NCBI GenBank assembly: GCA_016211945.1
Contig: JACRHV010000004.1
Coordinates: 66,649-130,648, forward strand
Reading direction: 5' to 3'
From: Minisyncoccota bacterium
GTDB taxonomy: Bacteria; Patescibacteriota; Microgenomatia; UBA1400; UBA12028
DNA length: 64,000 bases
Shown here: positions 1-8,409 of the stretch, in pieces
Position numbering within the stretch: position 1 is the stretch's first letter
How the letters are laid out: the number at the start of each line of letters is the position of its first letter
Notes under the pieces: model-generated
The model's database searches: none
Told to the model about the DNA's origin: nothing
Seen by the model: only the letters and a program-made list of their open reading frames with translations
Program-made: the position numbers and the translations under genes

Positions 1-1643
1 TCGCTTTTTGAAAACATCTTGGCATATGCCAGCATCATCCCTGTTAAAATCCAATACGTTTGGATAACTTTTGATGAGACAAAGACATCGATGTATATTG
101 CATTAATCATGAGGCCAATCGTGATTGCGGTATGCACAACTGCGAAGAGATACAATAACTCATCTTGTGATACCTTTGTTTTTCTCCACAGGTACCCCAT
201 TGCGATAACCATTGTCCCGTAGAACGTGAGAAATCCAAGTAATCCAGTCTCGCCGAGTGTACGAAGGTAGTCATTATCCGTAGACTCTGCCTCTGTAAAC
301 TGGTCACGTGTATATTTTGTTAAGGTTGAGTATCCTGATCCGAGCAATGGATTTCGCAAAAATCCCCGAATTGCAAATGGCCAGAGCGTATCCAATCGGA
401 TTGCAGCAGACAATCCTAAGCGATGTGCATTCTCTGAGAAAACACGCGGAATGATTACCTCGATTTCCTTGCCCTCAGCAGAAGTTGTTGCAATAACCCT
501 ATCCGGAATATTCTCGTACACATCCGGCGGGAGAACCTGATCCACTGGTGCTACGGGTGTAGGAAGCGTGTCTGTTTTGTCTATGACTTTTTCACGCTTT
601 GCTGCCTCTGCTGCAGCTCTCGCAACGTCGTCGATAGAGATAGCATCTTTGGGTTTTTCCACAAGCGGCGTTTGCGCTTTCTCCTTTGCCTCATTCACTG
701 TATTTTGTAATGCGGTATACGCAGAGTTGTCCTTGAATATCTGCCCAAATCTCAAGAGAAGATCACCAAATATCATGAGGAAAACCGCGGTGACGGCATA
801 ACATACTACCATGCGTGTAACACCCCATATGAGCCCCTTCCGGATAGCAAAAAACACAAGAATCGTCGTGAGTGCGGCAAGATACGCGAGAAACGACGAT
901 CGTGAGGAGGTCATCATCATTCCCCACAAACTTATGAGAAATGTACCCGCTAAACCAAGCTTGAGTTTTTTGTTCTTCACAAAAAACAACAGAGCTAAAA
1001 CAAGTGGTAAGCCTATGACGAGAAACGCCGCGTAGTCATAGTGACCTCCAAACGTCGACTGTACACGCGCGTGTTCGGTGAGATAGAGGCGCAATCCTTT
1101 ACTGAACTCTCTGTTCATTGTTGAGTACACGGGCCAATACAGATACTTCTGTCCCAGTCCATAGATTCCAACTAATGCGGTTGATATCACAAAAATTGCA
1201 AGAAACTTTTTTACTTGGCTTTTAGTTTGAATTGCTGAAAAGGTAATAAAGAACAGTGAAAAATACTCTATTCTTCTCCCGTAGTGCAGAAACATCTTTA
1301 AGATGTGTGGTGCACTCATTGGGACTGTTTTTGTCCAATATATAGCGGAGAGAGATGAGAGAAACCCTACTACTAAATACGCCCCAACCACCCATGTTAA
1401 CGGAGTACTCAGTGATATTTTTTTACGGATAACCTGCACAAACCAAAGCACACTCGCCCCTGCGATAAGAAGATCTTCTATTCGAAGTCTCACGATATAC
1501 CCGGGCAATATGTCTGCCAACGGTAACTTCGGATACAGAGGAATGAATGCAAGTAAAAATCCAGCGATTGCAAGAAGTCCCCACCGATCAAGTAATGAAA
1601 ATACGGCGCTGAGCTTCCATGTATGTGTGTTTTCTTGCTTCAT
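1..1643 (-). CDS. O-antigen ligase / Wzy_C-family membrane protein (3' end runs off the window)
   Basis: Absent from the ORF track because there is no stop in the window. Segments translated by hand from ATG 1643: MKQENTHTWKLSAVF..LAFIPLYPKLPL..RIED..RVQSTFGGHYDYAAF..SAAIRLDTLWPFAIRGFLRNPLLGSGYST..STDNDYLRTLGETGLLG..NAIYIDVFVSSK. NPLLGxG and xDNxYL..GE.GLLG are Wzy_C/WaaL-type motifs. Overlaps the upstream GT2 by 56 bp. Confidence 0.85.
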   Translation of the reverse strand, partial: MKQENTHTWKLSAVFSLLDRWGLLAIAGFLLAFIPLYPKLPLADILPGYIVRLRIEDLLIAGASVLWFVQVIRKKISLSTPLTWVVGAYLVVGFLSSLSAIYWTKTVPMSAPHILKMFLHYGRRIEYFSLFFITFSAIQTKSQVKKFLAIFVISTALVGIYGLGQKYLYWPVYSTMNREFSKGLRLYLTEHARVQSTFGGHYDYAAFLVIGLPLVLALLFFVKNKKLKLGLAGTFLISLWGMMMTSSRSSFLAYLAALTTILVFFAIRKGLIWGVTRMVVCYAVTAVFLMIFGDLLLRFGQIFKDNSAYTALQNTVNEAKEKAQTPLVEKPKDAISIDDVARAAAEAAKREKVIDKTDTLPTPVAPVDQVLPPDVYENIPDRVIATTSAEGKEIEVIIPRVFSENAHRLGLSAAIRLDTLWPFAIRGFLRNPLLGSGYSTLTKYTRDQFTEAESTDNDYLRTLGETGLLGFLTFYGTMVIAMGYLWRKTKVSQDELLYLFAVVHTAITIGLMINAIYIDVFVSSKVIQTYWILTGMMLAYAKMFSKS

Positions 1644-2532
1644 CACGCATCAGTATACCAAAAAGTATGATACGCAACCACGACCCTAGGAAGAGAATGA
1701 CGCGTACACATGGAATTTCCCAGCCTTGTTTATGTTTTTTCCAGTAATAAATCAGATTCTCTATCTCACCAACCTGTGAGTGCATAGGACCCCCAACGCT
1801 TATGTGTTGGTGATGAAGTATCTTTGCAAGCGGAACATAGGCAACAAACTTTTGTTCTTTGTGGATCCGCGCACATATCTCAACGTCCTCAGCATAAAGA
1901 TGTATGTTTTCATCCCATCCACCGATTGCATCAAAAACTTCACGTGGAATCATGAGCGCAGTACCACCTACCCATCCTCCATGCATATGCACTTGAGTAA
2001 AATATGTGATGTTTCTTTGCTGATAGGGAAGGAGAATCGTGTTCACTCCGGGAATATCGTCCAAGAAAAACATCCATAAACAGATGTTCCATAGGGTAGG
2101 GAGTGCTCCTCCTTGTGGTTGAATTGAATGGTCTGTGTTAACCAACTGACCACTCACCGCGCCTCTCGTTGAATTTTTTTCAAGTGCGTCTACCAAGATA
2201 TCTATCGCCCCATCAAATACTTCTGTGTCAGGATTCAGAAAGAAAAGGTGGCGGCCGCTGGCAGATTGTGCACCGAGATTATTTGCCGCGGAAAATCCCA
2301 GAAGTGATCTTGTTTTTACGACTCTCACATCACGAAAAGATGAAACGATAGCCTCGTATGATCCGTCTGTCGACATATTTTCAACGACAATGACTTCACA
2401 TTGTCTTCTGTGCATTGCGGCGTATACTGCCTGTATTGCTTTGAGCGTATATAATTTTGTGTTATATGAAACGATAATAACCGATACATCAATATTATTT
2501 TTTGATTTTTTCTTTACTGTGACGTTCTTCAT
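1588..2532 (-). CDS. GT2 glycosyltransferase (WbbL/rhamnosyltransferase-like)
   Basis: VSVIIVSYN, ENMSTDGS, GFSAANNLG, FLNPDT, WVGGTALM, YAEDVE motifs. Confidence 0.9.
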   Translation of the reverse strand: MKNVTVKKKSKNNIDVSVIIVSYNTKLYTLKAIQAVYAAMHRRQCEVIVVENMSTDGSYEAIVSSFRDVRVVKTRSLLGFSAANNLGAQSASGRHLFFLNPDTEVFDGAIDILVDALEKNSTRGAVSGQLVNTDHSIQPQGGALPTLWNICLWMFFLDDIPGVNTILLPYQQRNITYFTQVHMHGGWVGGTALMIPREVFDAIGGWDENIHLYAEDVEICARIHKEQKFVAYVPLAKILHHQHISVGGPMHSQVGEIENLIYYWKKHKQGWEIPCVRVILFLGSWLRIILFGILMRDEARKHTYMEAQRRIFIT

Positions 2533-2536
2533 AGTG

Positions 2537-3145
2537 TTATTGAAAAAGGCGATGCCTGCCTAATCTATATGCGAGTTCTCGTGTTTTTCTTTTCATGATT
2601 TCCTTTGCTGGAACACCACCAACGATAGAAAGTGGCGCGATATCCTTTGTTACAACGGCGCCGGCGCCAACAACAGCACCTTTACCAATGTGAACACCTG
2701 GAAGAATGATCGCGTTTGGTCCAATGAACACGTAATCATCAATGACTACTTCCGCCTCAATGGGACCAAAATCATCAGCATGTACGTCGTGCTCGCTATT
2801 AAAGATCATCACGCGTGATGCAATGTCCACGTGATTTCCAATGCGTAGTGCGGACCGACCGTCAAGAACCACTTGATCACCAATGATCGTTCCATTGCCA
2901 ATAGAAATATGCGTGGGATCGTACATGCGGCAAAACATATGGAGTGTTGATCCTTTTCCCAAACGGACGCCCGCGGTTTTATAGAAGAAATTTCGGATAG
3001 TATGTGAAGGCACTGACCCCACAACGTACCACAAAAATCCCGTGACAAACTCGAGCAAATAGCTCCATACGCGCACACGCATTTTTCTGATTGCCAGTGA
3101 CCAACCTAGCGGTTTTCCCATTCTGTCGCGAAATGGAGAACTCAT
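2537..3145 (-). CDS. Hexapeptide-repeat (LbH) O-acetyltransferase
   Basis: Hexapeptide repeats and C-terminal VVIDDYVFIGPNAIILPGVHIGKGAVVGAGAVVTKD..GGVPAK. Confidence 0.9.
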   Translation of the reverse strand: MSSPFRDRMGKPLGWSLAIRKMRVRVWSYLLEFVTGFLWYVVGSVPSHTIRNFFYKTAGVRLGKGSTLHMFCRMYDPTHISIGNGTIIGDQVVLDGRSALRIGNHVDIASRVMIFNSEHDVHADDFGPIEAEVVIDDYVFIGPNAIILPGVHIGKGAVVGAGAVVTKDIAPLSIVGGVPAKEIMKRKTRELAYRLGRHRLFQ

Positions 3146-4260
3146 ACTTTACCTCCAACATCATGCAATACTTCTGCAATAATCTTACCAGTTTCTTCCC
3201 AAGAAAACTTCTCTGTTTGTTTTTTCCCTTTTTCCAACAGAAACTCTCTTTGTTGTTTCGTATAGTGGAGCACTTCATTCATTCCGCGCACTATGTCATC
3301 AACTGAATACGGATCAATCAACACGCCTGCGTCTCCTACCACTTCTGGTAAGCTCGCGGTTTCAGACACGATGGGAATGGTGTGTTCTGCCATAGCCTCG
3401 AGGGGAGGAATTCCAAATCCTTCGTATAAACCTGCTAACACTGCCGCTTTTGCTCCTCTGTACAACGCAGATTTTTCACGATCTGAAATAAAGCCAAGAA
3501 GATGTATACGCTTTTTCACCGGACTCTGCTGTACGGCGCGAACAACATCATCAGCCATCCATCCCACTTTGCCGGCAAGAACAAGCGAAAGATCATGATG
3601 CGATTGTGCCACATGTTCAAATGCTTTCACCACACGAACAAGATTTTTTCTTGGCTGTAGAGTTCCGATATACACAAGATACGGCTGTTGGATGTGATGT
3701 TTGTGTAAAACCTCGGAAACAGAGAGGTGTCGTTCTTCGTGTTCAAATCCTGGATACGCGAGGATAACGTCGTCACCTTTTTTGCGGTACACAGTACAGA
3801 CATCTTTTTTTGTGTGGCGAGAGATGACGATAATTTTCTTTGCGTTCTCTACGCAGTGTGCAGTCCAATGCGTAAGTTTCATCATGTCGTTCTTTTTGAA
3901 AAACTCGGGGAATTGGAGAAATGCAAGATCCATCACCGTTACGACGCTTGAAAATGGGCAGTACCAAGGACCGTAATGCCCAAGTGAGTAGAAAACATGA
4001 AATGTTTTACCGCGCAAAGCATGCGCGTACAACGCCGATGGCAATCTCCAAATAGACCAAAAAAGTGAGGGTCTCAAAACGCGATACGTCCATCCTTTTC
4101 TCTCTTTTGGAAGATCTGGCAATGGATCACTGGGGAGGTATATCACCACATCGTCATGGACAAGCAATTTTTCCAGCTCAACAAGGACACGAAACGCATA
4201 CTGGTTACTTCCCACACGATTGGACACATTAGCCTCATATGCATTAATGCCGATGTTCAT
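3142..4260 (-). CDS. GT4 glycosyltransferase (MtfB/WbdB mannosyltransferase-like)
   Basis: GTLQPRKN and YEGFGIPPLEAM (EX7E). Start moved to MNIGINAYE (4260) to avoid a long overlap. Confidence 0.9.
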   Translation of the reverse strand: MNIGINAYEANVSNRVGSNQYAFRVLVELEKLLVHDDVVIYLPSDPLPDLPKERKGWTYRVLRPSLFWSIWRLPSALYAHALRGKTFHVFYSLGHYGPWYCPFSSVVTVMDLAFLQFPEFFKKNDMMKLTHWTAHCVENAKKIIVISRHTKKDVCTVYRKKGDDVILAYPGFEHEERHLSVSEVLHKHHIQQPYLVYIGTLQPRKNLVRVVKAFEHVAQSHHDLSLVLAGKVGWMADDVVRAVQQSPVKKRIHLLGFISDREKSALYRGAKAAVLAGLYEGFGIPPLEAMAEHTIPIVSETASLPEVVGDAGVLIDPYSVDDIVRGMNEVLHYTKQQREFLLEKGKKQTEKFSWEETGKIIAEVLHDVGGKV

Positions 4261-5353
4261 ACGCAATCGCCTTCTTGTATACCTGAATTGTTTTCTTTGC
4301 CACGTCGTCCCAGGAAGAGAATTTTTTAACTTGTTCTTTTCCCCTATCAACATATTTTTTTCTGTGATGCAGCGCTTCTTCTATACCATGCGTGATACTT
4401 TCCACGTGCAGAGGATCAACAAGAACCGCAGCGTCACCGGAAACTTCCGGCATGCTTGAAACATTTGATGTTAGAACGGGAACACCATGATAGAATCCAT
4501 CCAGAATAGGGAGACCAAATCCCTCGTACAACGAGGGATATGCTAAGGCTTCTGCCCCACCATAGAGTGCCGCAAGTTGCTCGTTATTAACCATCCCAAC
4601 AACATGAAGTCCTTGCTCTTGTTTCATCGCGTCCCAACCTTGTGCGCCAGCGAGCACTAGCTCGACTTCCTTTTTTAACGGCCTCCATGCTTGGATCAGC
4701 CGATGGAGATTCTTTCTTGGCTCAAGCGTCCCGATAAAAAAGATATACGGTTTTGTCAAACGAAGTTCCAGTAAGAGGGTGTCGCGTCGAACGGTGGTTA
4801 CTCGAAGCTTTGCCTCTTTTGGTAAGGCTTCATTCACAACATGTACGCGCTCAGGTTCTATCCCCAGGAGTTCGACAACGTCTTTTTTTGTCGACTCAGA
4901 TACCGCGATTATTGCTTTTCCTTCTTTCTTCAGGTGATCCCATGATGCTTTGTTCATCGAGTATACGTACGAATCCGCAGTTTTGGGGTATCGAATCATT
5001 GCAAGATCATGGATTGTGCTTACAAGTGCCGCAGATTTTAAGGGCGGCTGCATCTCCCAAGAGTGAAACACATCAATGTTTCCTAAAAAGGACTCTGGAG
5101 ATACTCTGTGCAGTCTATTCCATACAATATTCATGATTTTTACAGGGTGTGGTAAAAAAACCGCATGTGCTTGAGGTGTTTCATCTGCAACAAATGTGTG
5201 CAATGCGCCACGTTGTCGAAAAGATGAACCAAAAAGGCGGAGGACAACCTCCTCTGACTGCGCGTAAAGACCTCGAACAAGATTTGATGTATAGCGGGAA
5301 ACGCCACGGTTATACGGGAGCGAGCTTATATCAAACCCAACGTGAAGCGGCAT
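4244..5353 (-). CDS. GT4 glycosyltransferase (MtfB-like)
   Basis: GVSRY, TIHDL, GTLEPRKN, YPSLYEGFGLPILD. Confidence 0.9.
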   Translation of the reverse strand: MPLHVGFDISSLPYNRGVSRYTSNLVRGLYAQSEEVVLRLFGSSFRQRGALHTFVADETPQAHAVFLPHPVKIMNIVWNRLHRVSPESFLGNIDVFHSWEMQPPLKSAALVSTIHDLAMIRYPKTADSYVYSMNKASWDHLKKEGKAIIAVSESTKKDVVELLGIEPERVHVVNEALPKEAKLRVTTVRRDTLLLELRLTKPYIFFIGTLEPRKNLHRLIQAWRPLKKEVELVLAGAQGWDAMKQEQGLHVVGMVNNEQLAALYGGAEALAYPSLYEGFGLPILDGFYHGVPVLTSNVSSMPEVSGDAAVLVDPLHVESITHGIEEALHHRKKYVDRGKEQVKKFSSWDDVAKKTIQVYKKAIAYEHRH

Positions 5354-5359
5354 AGGCGT

Positions 5360-5365
5360 ATTGTA
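5360..5365 (-). promoter_or_regulatory. Putative -10 box (TACAAT) 6 nt upstream of ATG 5353; leaderless start
   Basis: Minus strand reads tagga-TACAAT-acgcct-ATG, with no Shine-Dalgarno. Confidence 0.55.
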
Positions 5366-5367
5366 TC

Positions 5368-6843
5368 CTAGTTCTTCACCGAGATAAACGTATTTCTCTC
5401 ATAAACTCGAATAAATCCCATGTTTTTCGTCTGGATAATCGTTTTCTGTTCAAATCCATGTGTCTCCACCCATGACTCTATGAGGCGTGACGGATCGGTA
5501 AGATCGCGCAGATAGTCAAAGATAAGAATCGTTTTGTATGATTCAAGTGTTGCAAACGACTGTTCCACCTCTTTTTGCACGAGTGGGAATGATGAAAATG
5601 ATGCCGTAGGAAAACGGAAGTTTTTGTTTCGCTCATAGAATATCCAAGGGGCAAAAGGCTCGGTAAATCCAAACACTGCAACGGAAGTACCTGCGGAGTA
5701 TTGTTGGCGAATAGCTGCAATACTCTCTCTCCACCCTTCTCTCTGCATATACGGAAGCGTCCAGTATGACACTAGCCCCATTCCTTGATAAACCAGACAG
5801 AGTGCTATTCCAGCGTACCACACTGATTTCTGTTTTAGGGATAGTATCGCCTGTGTTATGAGGAGAAAAAACGCCGGTAAGACAAAGAGAACCCGTTTTG
5901 GAGCAAGAACAGGAACAATAAACGATACAAGCCAGGCAAGAAACAGAGAAAGACCCAACCACAGAAGAAGTGCACGCGACAAAGTATGTCTTGATTTCCA
6001 CACTGCATAACTAAGAAACACTATCGGAACCCCAAAGTACACAATATCTTGTAACGACATGTCAATCTTCACCCCCCCGCCAAAAAACTTCAGTAGAACG
6101 AGCGGAAGGGCTTTCCACTGTGGCGTACTCACGACAGTCGACCAGCCTGGTAATGTATGTTGCAATGTTCTCCCCACCTTCAGTTGAAAAAGAAAATACG
6201 GAACCCATGGCAAAAATCCCAAGGTAATCCAACCTGCATCCTGGAGGTGTTTTTTTATCTCCTTTGTGTGAGAGAAAACCAGAAAGGCAAATTGAGAGAT
6301 CAAGAGAAAAGGGTAGACATACATTGTGTAAAGTCCAGCAATACTACAAAAAATAAAACATGTTCTATCGCGCATATTCCACATTTTTTTCTGTTGCGCG
6401 CGTAAAAGGACGTACCAAGATATCGTTGCCCAACACGCAGCCAACGCATACGGCCGTAGTTCCTGTGAAAAGTACACATGAAACGCCGATAGTGAGAGAA
6501 GCATCGAAGAAAGAAATCCAATGATGTGTTGGCGTTTTTCTGTCTTGCCAAACAACATACCAATGCGATACGTAAAAAAAATCGTGACAAGTCCCGGTAT
6601 GAGCGAGGCGAGTCGTAGCCACCACTCCTCAACCCCCCATCGCGTGAGGAGATGAACAAGAACATGAAAAAGAGGGGGTTGAAAATCTGCACCAATATCT
6701 AACTGCTGAGAAAGCGGCCGCATACTTTCCAAAACTTGTGCTGCTTCATCAAGCCAAAATGATCCATCGATGAGTGGAACTCTTACGAGTAAAGCGATGA
6801 ATAAGGGAACACTTACACTCAATATCGATTTCATATTTCGCAT
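5368..6843 (-). CDS. GT-C membrane glycosyltransferase (PMT_2/GT39-GT83-like)
   Basis: SFWLDEA, DFQPPLF, EWWLRL, FSQELRPYA and about 11 hydrophobic segments. Start set at ATG 6843; the ORF-track extension to 7095 is antisense to the uxs gene. Confidence 0.85.
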   Translation of the reverse strand: MRNMKSILSVSVPLFIALLVRVPLIDGSFWLDEAAQVLESMRPLSQQLDIGADFQPPLFHVLVHLLTRWGVEEWWLRLASLIPGLVTIFFTYRIGMLFGKTEKRQHIIGFLSSMLLSLSAFHVYFSQELRPYALAACWATISWYVLLRAQQKKMWNMRDRTCFIFCSIAGLYTMYVYPFLLISQFAFLVFSHTKEIKKHLQDAGWITLGFLPWVPYFLFQLKVGRTLQHTLPGWSTVVSTPQWKALPLVLLKFFGGGVKIDMSLQDIVYFGVPIVFLSYAVWKSRHTLSRALLLWLGLSLFLAWLVSFIVPVLAPKRVLFVLPAFFLLITQAILSLKQKSVWYAGIALCLVYQGMGLVSYWTLPYMQREGWRESIAAIRQQYSAGTSVAVFGFTEPFAPWIFYERNKNFRFPTASFSSFPLVQKEVEQSFATLESYKTILIFDYLRDLTDPSRLIESWVETHGFEQKTIIQTKNMGFIRVYERNTFISVKN

Positions 6844-6849
6844 ACCCAA

Positions 6850-6867
6850 AGTGTAGCATGCTATCAT
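6850..6867. promoter_or_regulatory. Bidirectional extended -10 promoter pair centred on palindrome TAGCATGCTA
   Basis: 34-bp divergent gap. Minus strand TGC-TACACT-6nt-ATG(6843); plus strand TGC-TATCAT-10nt(GGGAG)-ATG(6878). Palindrome at 6854-6863. Confidence 0.6.
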
Positions 6868-6877
6868 AGTTGGGAGT

Positions 6878-7846
6878 ATGGAATACACAAATAAAACAGT
6901 ACTTGTTACCGGAGCTGCGGGGTTCCTTGGATCGCATGTGTGTGACCGACTTCTTGAACAGGGGGCACATGTGATAGGTGTCGATTCGCTTATCACCGGA
7001 AGGAAAGAAAATCTCTCTTCCGCTCTTTCTCGCACAACCTTTACATTCATCGAGGCAGATTGCTCCACCTCACCAAGATCGTACCTGCCTGCCACGGTAA
7101 AACCGGATGTGATTTTTCACCTCGCCTCGCCCGCAAGTCCACCAATATACCAACAATTTCCCATAGACACATATCTCGTGAATGCGTTAGGCACACACCA
7201 GCTTCTTCAATATCTTCTTACTGAAAATCGCCAAGGACGATTTATTTTCGCCTCAACATCAGAAGTCTACGGCGATCCTAAGGAACGACCGCAAAAGGAG
7301 TCGTATTGGGGAAATGTGAATCCAAACGGTGTTCGATCGTGTTATGACGAGTCCAAACGATTCGGCGAGATGGTTTGTGGTGTACATAGTCGTGATTTTG
7401 GTCTAGATGTTCGGATTGTACGTATTTTTAATACCTACGGTCCGCGCATGAGTCCGCTTGATGGTCGCGTCATCCCAAACTTCATGATGCAGGCGTTGAA
7501 AAACGAGCCACTAACAATTTATGGCGACGGAACTCAAACGCGATCATTCTGCTATGTTGATGATCTTATCCGGGGAATACTTCTTCTTGGATCCACAGAC
7601 TCGGCAAAAAATGAGACCGTGAATATAGGGAGTCCTACAGAAAAAACCGTCAATGAACTTGCCGAAATGATTCAAGCCGCCACACATGCTACCGGTGAGT
7701 ACGTCTATAAACCACTACCCAGTGATGATCCTACCCAACGTCTTCCTGATATTTCAAAAGCTGTATCGCTTTTGGGATGGAAGCTGGAAATAGACTTCCC
7801 AACTGGACTAGAAAAAACACTTGAGTATTTTAAGACGCAAGTTTAA
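6878..7846 (+). CDS. uxs: UDP-glucuronate decarboxylase (UDP-xylose synthase)
   Basis: GAAGFLGSH, HLASPASP, STSEVYGDP, ESYWGNVNPNGVRSCYDESKR, RIFNTYGPRM, GTQTRSFCYVDDL, DDPTQRLPDI. Confidence 0.92.
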   Translation: MEYTNKTVLVTGAAGFLGSHVCDRLLEQGAHVIGVDSLITGRKENLSSALSRTTFTFIEADCSTSPRSYLPATVKPDVIFHLASPASPPIYQQFPIDTYLVNALGTHQLLQYLLTENRQGRFIFASTSEVYGDPKERPQKESYWGNVNPNGVRSCYDESKRFGEMVCGVHSRDFGLDVRIVRIFNTYGPRMSPLDGRVIPNFMMQALKNEPLTIYGDGTQTRSFCYVDDLIRGILLLGSTDSAKNETVNIGSPTEKTVNELAEMIQAATHATGEYVYKPLPSDDPTQRLPDISKAVSLLGWKLEIDFPTGLEKTLEYFKTQV

Positions 7847-8097
7847 TCACGCATTCTTTCACAGAGAGACATACAAAACTGCTGAAGCTCCTCCAGTCCA
7901 TCCCGAAGCTCTGCTACCTGATGTGCGAGTACAGTATGGTCCTCAAAAAGAGCTTGATGTTTTGCATACATGTCTGATTTAAACTGCATGTAATCGCTCC
8001 AAAGTTGTGTGTATCTTTCATCGACAATTTTTTCTACTTTTTGTACAAGTTCTTTTTCCGTTTGTAAAGGAGATTTTCTCGAGGTATTGTCATTCAT
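7843..8097 (-). CDS. Small hypothetical helical/coiled-coil protein
   Basis: 84 aa from MNDNT; heptad-like C-terminal half; TATAGT 7 nt upstream of the ATG; fills the intergenic gap. Confidence 0.6.
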   Translation of the reverse strand: MNDNTSRKSPLQTEKELVQKVEKIVDERYTQLWSDYMQFKSDMYAKHQALFEDHTVLAHQVAELRDGLEELQQFCMSLCERMRD

Positions 8098-8132
8098 TCC
8101 ACATACTATATCGCACAAACCTTACAATTAGC

Positions 8133-8345
8133 TTACAATTCAGGAAGTCGTCTATCTTTAAAGTTTGGCTTCGGTCCTCTTCCCTGGAGATATGCGATAA
8201 GTTCCTGGTTCACCTGATGCATTGCATCCAAAAATATACAGGTTCTACGACCCATTTCACACATTGACTCAAGCATCTCCACGGAAAATCTGTCTAGCTT
8301 TTTATTCAGTACCGCTATGAACTCATCTTCCATTCTATATTTCAT
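8133..8345 (-). CDS. Small hypothetical protein
   Basis: 70-aa ORF filling the gap, preceded by a good sigma70-like promoter. Confidence 0.6.
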   Translation of the reverse strand: MKYRMEDEFIAVLNKKLDRFSVEMLESMCEMGRRTCIFLDAMHQVNQELIAYLQGRGPKPNFKDRRLPEL

Positions 8346-8353
8346 ATAGAGTT

Positions 8354-8382
8354 ATCCTAGTGTGGTAAGAACACACCGTCAA
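8354..8382 (-). promoter_or_regulatory. Sigma70-type promoter TTGACG-N17-TAGGAT
   Basis: Minus strand: -35 at 8377-8382, 17-nt spacer, -10 at 8354-8359, then 8 nt to ATG 8345. Confidence 0.6.
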
Positions 8383-8385
8383 GCG

Positions 8386-8409
8386 GATCTTTTGTAATCA
8401 AAAAAGATC
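8386..8409 (-). terminator. Weak AT-rich hairpin at the stop codon of the 8408..9892 gene
   Basis: GATCTTTT-N8-AAAAGATC inverted repeat overlapping the TGA; low stability and no clear U-tract. Confidence 0.25.

Noticed and set aside
19-1689. Plus-strand ORFs at 19, 568, 811 and 1303
   Set aside because: Antisense shadows of the minus-strand ligase-like gene (<1..1643)
6844-7095. 84-aa N-terminal extension of the 5368 ORF, implying a long antisense overlap with uxs
   Set aside because: Reads as an antisense translation of uxs; ATG 6843 has a well-placed -10 box and gives a normal GT-C N-terminus
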